Source of the DNA: Eledone cirrhosa
Taxonomy: Eukaryota
Length of the DNA: 64,000 nucleotides
NCBI GenBank assembly: GCA_964016885.1
Contig: OZ024743.1
Location: 340,752,001 to 340,816,000 of the forward strand
Reading direction: 5' to 3'
Every line of letters starts with the position of its first letter. The first letter of the stretch is position 1. Shown here piece by piece: positions 55,567 to 64,000 of the stretch. The position numbers were made by a program, and so were the translations under genes. Below the pieces are notes generated by a model. That model had not been told where the DNA came from and made no database searches. It worked only from the letters and a program-made list of their open reading frames with translations.

Positions 55567-57015
55567 CTATATATATATATACACACACCCACATACATAT
55601 TAACCTTTCTCGTACATAAAATGGTTATTTTCTATCAAGAGCAATAGAAGAATATAAGAAATATTCAATTTAGAAATATTGTCGCTTTATATACAGTGAA
55701 TGGAAATGGAACGGGGTACGTGATGGCGGGTGCGTCTCACTATCTTTTCAGTTTTCCGCTAGGAAGTGGGTTTTATAACGTCTAGTTTTCTTCTGAGTTT
55801 CAAGATCACTAATATTAGCATATCTCTATTTTCTAAGACTTATTCCTATCACTATTTATATTTCAAAACACATATTATATAAAACTTCTGAAGCGGCAAA
55901 GAATGGGTGTTCGTTTTGAATTTCTGAATAAATCGCGTGAAATGAGACACAATACTTTCCCTCACAAACACACACACGCACACAAATACTCACACACACG
56001 CACTCGCGTGCGCACACATATATATATTTATATATTACACATATTTGGCGTGTAATTTAGTATGTATGTATGTTAGATCAGGTCTCTATCTGCTACTCGT
56101 ACCATGTAGTCCAGTACAACCTGTTTGATGGTTGGACGGCGTCTAAACTTGCTTCCCCACCAGAGACTGGCCTTGCGAGGAGGGTGAATGGATGGAGACC
56201 AGCAGCACAAAAATAAGAGTTATCAAGGGCGGATTGACTCCACAGAGTCAACAGCCAACCCGCCACTAAATATGGGTTAAATGGCCTCACCAACCGGCAA
56301 TTGACCAAGCGTGGTGAGTACGGCTACACATGCGGTTCTCGCAACTGACTTTTTTTATCTTGCATTGGCTTGTCACTGGACCCGTAGCTGCGAGAATGGA
56401 GCTGGTGCTCTGTGTGTAGCACAGACATGTAGTATTCCCATCTTTATGAGCAGATAGAGGAGTAGCAACGGGCACAGACGCGACCAGTTAGAAGCACTTA
56501 GTCACAAATCTACACGTGGGAGGCTCGAGTCTTATCCTAACGTCGTTGCACTGTTGACCTCAACAGCGACATGCTTCGGCAGAGTTTTGAGCTTCTGAAC
56601 AGCCCTTTTTTTGAGACGCACTGCTTACTGATACCACATTGGAAGCGATTAGAAATGGTGGTTCAAACAAGGTCTGTCCAGTCATCAAACTGGCCAGCAT
56701 TCTGAAGTTGGCGTTGGTTCATAATAGCAGAGAATTCCTTGAAGAGTTGGCCGTCTTCTGTACAGTAGTGGTAGTTATCGTGTATGTATGTTCTTCTTGT
56801 TTTATAATTTCCCAATTCTTTTTTTTCCCAATAGAGAGAGAGTCGGTTTCTGACATAGACACAAGACTCTATCATTGTAATTTACACAATATCAACTAGG
56901 TAGATTATGTGTGCATGCATGTGTAGATATGGATGTTATTGTATGTGTGGATGTGTATGTTCTGACTTGTATGTGTGCATGTGTATGCTTTGTATCTGTA
57001 CATGTGTATATGCAG

Positions 57016-58720
57016 TTATTAGATGCCAAATTTTTGGAATGTTTTACATATTTTTACTGTTCCATTAATGGATTTCCTAACTATTTGTGTTCTTTCTGTT
57101 CCTGTGAAGCCTAGTTTCTCAAGATTTGTATTGAGGCAGTTACTAACATACCCCATTGCCCCAATAATCACAGGCATAAAACTGAGGGTGTAATCAGAGT
57201 GGAGTATCTGCATAAATATTCTCCTTTTCGTTAATCTTTGATATTATATTGGCATCTGCTGGGCTGCTAACTTCCTCTACTGTGCATGGTTTCTTCTCCC
57301 TGTCCCATATCATAATACCTTGTCTGTTATGTCTGCATTTTATTGGGTTTTTTACTGGAACATTCCACCAGTACTCTTTCATATTATGTATATATGGATG
57401 TCTTCCACATTGTTGTAGTTTTTAATGTGTTTATTATCGGGGCTATGTTTTCTACGGATTGCATTGTACGGTGTTTTGGCCACTACATCATGCCTCATAG
57501 GTAGATAGTACCGCGATGACATCTTTGGACAGCTGCTGATGAAATGGGTGACATCTTCGATGTTAATTCTGCAGATTCTGCACTTGTTATCACATCTAGG
57601 TGTTTTGGCTGCATCCCTATATCTTTTATGAATCAGGTATTTCGTGTTAATTTCCTGTTCTTGGATTGCAAAGGCGTATCATTAAAAGTGGGAGCCAATA
57701 TAGCGGTTGTTAGACCAAGATAGACTACTTTCTTTATCTATATTACTCTCACTCTGGAGCTTCCTGGCAACATATCCTTGCATGATTTTTTGCTGATAAA
57801 CATGCAGTTTTTCATCCATGGATTCACTACGATATTGCTGTGCGTCTTCCCTGGGTGTAAGCTTTTGATTATCACACAGGGAATATCTCTCGAGGAGTTC
57901 GTTCCCAACTCTCATGATCTTATCTGTTTCATGCAGATAGACTTTCTCGAGAGACGGGCTCCTACGTTTCGAGGTTCGTATATGTTGTCTGAGGGATATG
58001 ATGCGACATTCAAATGCTGTCTGTACTGACATTAGGCCTCTGCCTCCCTGCTTACGTTTCAAGTAAAGGCGGTCTATGTCACTGTTGATGAGGAAGTTTC
58101 CGGTGTTGTTTAGTATTTTTCGAGTTCTAACATCAACTGCTCGGATTTCCTCTATCGTCTAATTGAGTATTCCAAACGTTGGTGTTAGGACAGACACAGC
58201 AAACACATTGTGAGCCACTGTTTTGTTGTGCGCAGAGAGTTCCGATGACCATATTTTTTTTAATCGGGTGTAGTATTCCCTGGTTACGCGTTCCTTATTG
58301 CAGATACCATTATAGGATATGTTCCCATCTCCTCCCAGGTATCTGTAGCAGTCTTTATCAGATATCGATGAAACAGTTAGACCATTGATGACAATGTTGC
58401 TAGATTGGGTTATTGTTTTTACCCGCTTTACAGTCATGTATGAGCATTTATCTTGGCCAAACTCCATTCCTATATCCTTTGAGAACGTTGTAACCAGGTC
58501 AAGATTTTTCTTCATCCCATCCATGTTCTTGGTATAGAGTTTCAGATCATCCACAAAGAAGTTATGGGTTAGGTTCGTATTTCTGTCCTCCTGTGAGCGA
58601 ATGATGTATCCTTCACATTTCTTGAGCAGAAAAGACAAGGGGTTTAATGACAGGATGAATAATATCACAGAGAGACTGTCTCCCTGAAATATACCCCTGC
58701 GATATTTTATTTTATCAGTG
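57016..58720 (-). mobile_element. R4/Dong-type non-LTR retrotransposon (RT, CCHC, restriction-like endonuclease), 5'-truncated and decayed
   Basis: GIFQGDSLS, FFVDDLKLY, DIGMEFGQDKC, GGRGL, CRIC...HFISSC...RHD, KINEKENIY, VIIGAMG. Confidence 0.9.
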
Positions 58721-59134
58721 TATGTATAAACGTATGTATGTACGTATTTATGTTTTTATGTGCGTATCTATGTATGTATGCATGCATGTGTGCCTGTCTG
58801 TCAGTCTGTCAGTCTGTCTATATGTATATATGCAGGATAGCATTGGTGTATTTATATGTAGTTATGTATGTGAGTTAAAAATAAGATAGGTGAATGGCTG
58901 TATAATGTTGGTAAATGTAAAATTCAAATGGAAAGTAATACAAAACCTAAACAAAGTTCTCATAACGATTGTTTTCGTTTGTAACAGCAGATGGCATTCA
59001 CTTCGGACTATACTGTAGTGACAGGTTAAAAATAGGCCAGTTGTTGCACGGATATTGTGAAATGAAGCAATGAATAGGCGAACAAATAGACAAAAGAAAA
59101 AGAACGAATATACTTGAGGGTAAAACACAGACTT

Positions 59135-59165
<31 letters not shown>

Positions 59166-59168
<3 letters not shown>

Positions 59169-59725
59169 AGGCGGGTAAAATTCCCGAGATCCATGGACGA
59201 GTTCTCTCCAGCGGTCTCTGTCCCTCATTATCGCTGCCATATCCTGCATCTCCAACAGACCAGTGTCTGTCCTTAGGGCATCAAGATATGTTAACCTTGG
59301 TCTTCCTCTTCTAGTGTGTCCATGTAGGGGCTCCCAAAGGAGCACTGAGTGCAATGTCAACTCTGGATGTCGGTGAGCATGTCCACCCAACCTCAGTCTT
59401 CTCTGTGTCACTTTTGAGCTGACTTTTGGGATGCTCCCATACAGCTCTGAGTTTTTCATCCTCAGTGTATACTGATTAATGTTCAGAGCCATCCTCAGCA
59501 TTCTAGTGTAGCACCCATCCACCATCTGAGTGAGTCTCTTGGTCAGTGTCCAAGTCTCAGACCCATACAGCAGCACAGACTCCACTACAGCAATGAAGAG
59601 GCGGATTTTCAGGTCTCTACGAAGGTCCGACTTCCACACCGACCTCAAGCTGTGACACGCCGCCCAGGCCTTGCTCTTCCTCTCAACCACATCATCCTCC
59701 GTATTCCCAATCTTTGCTCCCAAAT

Positions 59726-59728
<3 letters not shown>
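59166..59728 (-). mobile_element. RTE-clade LINE 3' end, same family as 33880-34275
   Basis: YLGAKI...LLYGSETW...GRPRLTY; near identical to the 33880 copy; both end at the stop codon next to (TA)n. Confidence 0.92.
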
Positions 59729-59760
<32 letters not shown>

Positions 59761-59762
<2 letters not shown>

Positions 59763-60312
59763 AAATTAACACGAAATACCTGATTCACAAAAGCGATAGG
59801 GATGCAGGCAAAACACCAAGATGTGGTAACAAGTGCAGACTCTGCAGAATTATATATATATATCGGAATTTTCAACATCCATTCCTATAATCTGCGGGAA
59901 AACATTCAGGAACAGACACAAACACTTACACTATTTTTGCACGCTACCATACATCCACACCACACAAAAACACATACACCCACATGCGTATCCTCACCTA
60001 CACACACTCGGCCTCCAGACTCCGCACGCCCTCTATTCCCCACCGCCTCTGACCCCTCTCCATCCACACGCACACACACACGTACACCTATACGCATACA
60101 CACTCACCACCTTCCGCCCTCCCCACTCGGACCCATGTCTACCCCCCCCCCCACCACACGCCACACACCCTTTCACCACTTGTTTCATTTTAATTTTTTT
60201 ACCCTTTTTAATCCCCTCCCTTTAATGTCTTTCCACCACTCCCTTCACACCGTCGGAACTCTTTTCCTGTCGACTTTCCCCTGATGAAGGGCTTATGCCC
60301 GAAACGTTAACT
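59761..60312 (+). mobile_element. Decayed Neptune-type PLE 3' part (Cys linker, EN C-terminus, CA-rich UTR, HHR at 60281-60308)
   Basis: NTKYLIHKS...GKTPRCGNKCRLCRI; CTGATGA a-gggc-ttat-gccc GAAA cg TT. Confidence 0.7.
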
Positions 60313-61005
60313 ATTTTGATTAGAATGCTGTTGAAGTGTGTATACATTTTTGGATGTATCTATGTATATATACTGGATATATATATATGTGTGTATGTGG
60401 ATGTGTTGGTGTTTGTGAGAGTTTGTGTGTACTTCTGTATACTTCGGTATTTATAGTTAAATTTAGATTTGCTTCTCGCCGTCTATATATTGTACTATTT
60501 ATATTTTAATATAATTACTGAAAAGTAATTGTGTGTGCCTAAAAAATTATTTTTGTATTGATTTTAATGTATTTGCATATATGTTTTTTATTTTTAATTA
60601 TATTCGTGTTTCATAGAAGTAATTATTATAATTATTAGGTTATTTGTCCTGATATATACGTAATAAACACCGATATTTTCTCATTTGTATGAAATAATTG
60701 GTATAATTGTCCATGATACCAATTTTTTTTCTTCAATTTTTCTAAAACTTCAGGTGACAGATTTGTACTTCATAAAGTACAATTTTCTTTAATGAAATTA
60801 ATTTCCTTGAAGTGTGTAGTTGATATGTTTATCTAACACAAATTTACACACACAGACACGCGCGCACACACACACAGACACACACACACGTGCACACACG
60901 CACTCACACTTACACCCCCCCCCCCCATATATATATATATTAGCATATTGGCATGAACATTTATAGCGTGATTCATATGAAACCATATACAATATAAATA
61001 TGTAT

Positions 61006-61172
61006 AATTGTTTCTACTTTTGGCACAAAGCCAGCAAATTACCCAGTGGATTACTGGTACTTTATTTTATGAAACCCATAAGGATGAAAGGCAAAGTTAA
61101 CCTTGGAGGGATTTGAACTCAGACCATAAAGGGCAAAGCATGGCGTCTGACCCTCTACCGATACTGCCAATG
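61006..61172 (-). mobile_element. SINE family A (partial second copy at 61317-61412)
   Basis: Reverse complement of family A. Confidence 0.85.
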
Positions 61173-61537
61173 TCACGCTATAGGTGGTTTAAACCATGAT
61201 CATGTCACACCGACTTCAGTAGCAGTCTGAGAACGCCTGACACTAGAGTTCCAGGATATTTATCCATCTTTGGTACCGAAACAAGTATAAGCTATAGCTG
61301 ATATATATATATATTAATTGTTTCTACTTTAGGCACAAGACCAGCAATCACCTCGTGCATTACTGGTACTTTATTTTATCGACCCCGTAAGGATGAAAGG
61401 CAAAGTCAACCTATATATATATATATATATATATATTAATGATATATATTAATGATACTCCGGAAAAGACCATTGAGTGCTTCTAACCTGTTGTAAATTA
61501 ACTCTGTTGAATAATCAACAAATTAAATAACTCATTG

Positions 61538-61577
<40 letters not shown>

Positions 61578-61665
61578 GAAAAATTTGAACAGGGACAGAA
61601 CAGAGAGGCAGTACAATAAATGTTTATTAAATTCACGCTCAGGAGAGTGGGGGTTATAGTGGGGG

Positions 61666-61697
61666 ACGACGTTTCGGGCATAAGCCCTTCCTCAGGT
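61666..61697 (-). ncRNA. Minimal hammerhead of the Neptune pLTR (short stem I)
   Basis: Reverse complement: ac CTGAGGA a-gggc-ttat-gccc GAAA cg TC gt. Confidence 0.7.
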
Positions 61698-63089
61698 GAG
61701 AAGTGTGTGGGAACAGAGTTCAAAAGGTGTGTATGGGAGTGGTGGAGAGACATAGAGCGAAAGGAAACGGTGCGAATGAAAAATTAACAAATAAAAACAA
61801 AAAATATAAAAAATAAAAATATAGCATGATCAAAATACAAGGAATGAGAAAATTTAAAAATAAAGGCATGATCAAAATAAACTGAAATTAAAAGGGGGGG
61901 TAAACAGGTGGTGGAAGGGTGTGGGGTGAGTAGGGGTGGTGGCGGGTGGAGTGGGGAGAGGGAGACGGGGTGTCTGAGCGGGGAGGGCTGAAGGTGGTGT
62001 GTGCGTGTAGGTGTGCGTGTGTGTGTGTGTGTATGTGAAAGTGAGGGTTGGGGGAAGAACGGGGTTGCATGTTCAGGAAGAGGTGTGTGTGGGAGGGTGT
62101 TTATGTGGGTCGGAGTGTCTGTGCGTGTGTGGATAGGGGGGTGGGGGGAGAGGAATCAGGAGGCCGAGGGTGTAAATACGTGGTGGGAAGCACGTGTGTG
62201 TGGGGTTTAAGCGTGTTGTGGGTGTGGGTGGCGTGTGGAGAAAACAAATTTTTTTGGGGTGTGTGTGTGGGTGAGTTATATAGGTGATGATGTAAGAGGA
62301 TGGTTGAAAAGTTGGTAAGTTCCAAGGATGTTTGGAGATTTGGTTATAAGTCAATTTCTGCGTGTGGGTAATCCATGAAGCGGTGGTCGGAAGAGGAGAG
62401 ATGTGGGCTGCGCGCGCAACAGGAAGTGGTCAGCAGTGGGAGTGCTGTGGTCAGTTGGTGCTGGGAGGTGGTCGGAAGGGCATAGCAGCAGTCGGTGGAA
62501 TGGTAGGGAGGCGAGGATGGGTAGGTGTGAGAGTTGGAGTGAGGAGGGAGTGGGTGTGTGTATTAGTAGGGGTGTTAGTGGGATGAGTGAGTGTGGAGCG
62601 GGGGTGTGGGTGGAGCGGGGAGAGAAGGGTGTGTGTGGTTCTATGGAGGGAGTGTGGTGTACTGGTATGTGTGTAGTTGGGTGAAGAGGTGTTAGTGGGT
62701 GTTAGTATACGGGAGGTGGGGAGGGGTAGAATGCAGGTGTGAGTGGGGGTTAGTAGTGGTAGGGTGTGTAGAGTTGGTGGTGTACGAGGGTGTGTGGGTA
62801 CGTGTGCGTGGGGTTGGGGGGTGTTAGTAATGTTAGTTGCGTGTGGGGTGGGTGGTGTAAGTGGGTGCGTGTGTGCGTGTGATAAGGAGGGGGAGGAGGA
62901 GAAGAGGGGAGGGATGGGATGTTAGTATGTTAGTTGGGGAAGGGTGGTCAGATGAGGGGTGGAGTGGAGGTGTTAGTATTGTTAGTGTGGGGTGGGCGGT
63001 GAAAGGGGGGGGGGGTGTTAGTGGTGTTAGTGTGGGATAAGTGTGTGTGGGGGGGGGGGGGGGGTCGAACGCTAAAGGAATAAGTGTGG

Positions 63090-63790
63090 GGAGTTCAGGC
63101 CGGGGGGATTGTGGGTCTGTAAGATGAAGATAGTTCGTTGTTCGACCGTAAGGCGATGGGCGGGTGTTCCGTGGCACTGGAGTAGGCCACAGACTGTGAG
63201 ATGGCGTGCGGTGTGTCCAGGGCCACCAAAGTGGTGGGCGATGGGGGAACTGCCCCCGAGACGAATATCCCGGAGGTGCTCCGTGACTCGGTCCGCCAGG
63301 CGACGTCCCGTCTGTCCGACGTAAGTCGCGCTGTACTCCGTGCAGCGAAGTCCGTAGATTTGGTTGGAGGAGGTGCAGCGGAAGGCATGTCGGACCGAGA
63401 GAGAGTGGCCGTTGGGACCCTGGAAGGTGGTGGTGTTGGTGATGTGGGGACAGGTGTTGCAGCGGGGCCTAGAACAGGGGAAGGAACCGGGGGGGGGAAC
63501 AGAGCGTGGGTTGGGGGGTAGGGAGCTGTGGACGAGGAGGGTGCGGAGATTGCGTGCGCGTTTGAAGGAGGGGAGTGGTGGGGTTGGGAAGATGTGGGAG
63601 GTGGAGGGGTCGGACTGGAGGCGTCGGAAGAGGCGGCGGATGGTGCGGTGGAGGGGTAAGATGGAGGGGTGGTAGGTGATGGGGAAGGGGAGACGGTGGG
63701 TGGGTGTGCGGTGGCGTGGGGTGAGGGTGGTGGAGCGGGGGATAGCACGGGCGTGGTTGAGAGCGGTGTAGACGAGAGGGGGGGGGGGGG
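63090..63790 (-). CDS. PLE RT C-terminus, Cys-rich linker and GIY-YIG endonuclease (open frame without start codon; not the frame in the ORF track)
   Basis: Manual translation: RLPFPITYHP...FKRARNLRTLLVHS...PCSRPRCNTCPHI...FRCTSSNQIYGLRCTEYSATYVGQTGRRLADRVTEHLRDI...PIAHHF...RLTVEQRTIFILQTHNPPGLN. Confidence 0.9.
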
Positions 63791-63829
63791 TAAACTCTGC
63801 GGATGAAATGGCTGACTAGGGAAAGGGCC

Positions 63830-63889
<60 letters not shown>

Positions 63890-64000
63890 TATAACGCCCG
63901 CATCTATTATGAATTCCTCTATATTAGGTGCTCATGCTAACTAATACCAGCCAATCAAGCAAGCACTATATGCAAACCTGTACCTGAAGCAGATGATTTA

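Larger units (their letters stand above)
61577..63830 (-). mobile_element. 5'-truncated Neptune-type Penelope-like retroelement between (TA)n tracts
   Basis: RT thumb-linker-GIY-YIG frame, ~1.4-kb C/A-rich 3' region, HHR, ~90-bp tail. Confidence 0.88.

Noticed and set aside
56590-56830. Coding-looking minus-strand segment (HDNYHYCTEDGQLFKEF)
   Set aside because: In-frame stop and no family recognised
63095-63748. 217-aa Pro/Ser-rich ORF in the track
   Set aside because: Shadow frame; the adjacent minus frame encodes the GIY-YIG protein

Overview
Repeat-dominated, AT-rich animal genomic DNA with no host protein-coding gene that I can support. The SINE families and the extreme (TA)n/(CA)n/(GA)n load suggest an octopod cephalopod (inference). 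Almost all ORF-track entries are microsatellite translations. Real coding remnants are retroelements: several RTE-clade LINEs, one R4/Dong-type RLE LINE, one L1/Tx1-type 3' end, and Penelope-like element (PLE) GIY-YIG endonucleases, including a nearly intact Neptune-type frame at ~63090-63790 (-) that the ORF track misses. The main hidden signal is RNA-level. The window holds minimal Type I hammerhead ribozyme (HHR) folds from at least 13 unrelated sequence families. The 311-bp 'satellite' at 1-6442 is a head-to-head array of 21 HHR-bearing, highly structured monomers (non-LTR retrozyme-like). Most other HHR families occur as fold-back insertions with both 3' tails pointing outward, mostly into (TA)n. 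Several families carry conserved non-canonical cores (U3-A8 covariant, U4A, U.U at the base of stem II, ~90-106 nt stem II) and family-specific palindromic stem III sequences. All folds were derived by eye; none has been tested for cleavage.
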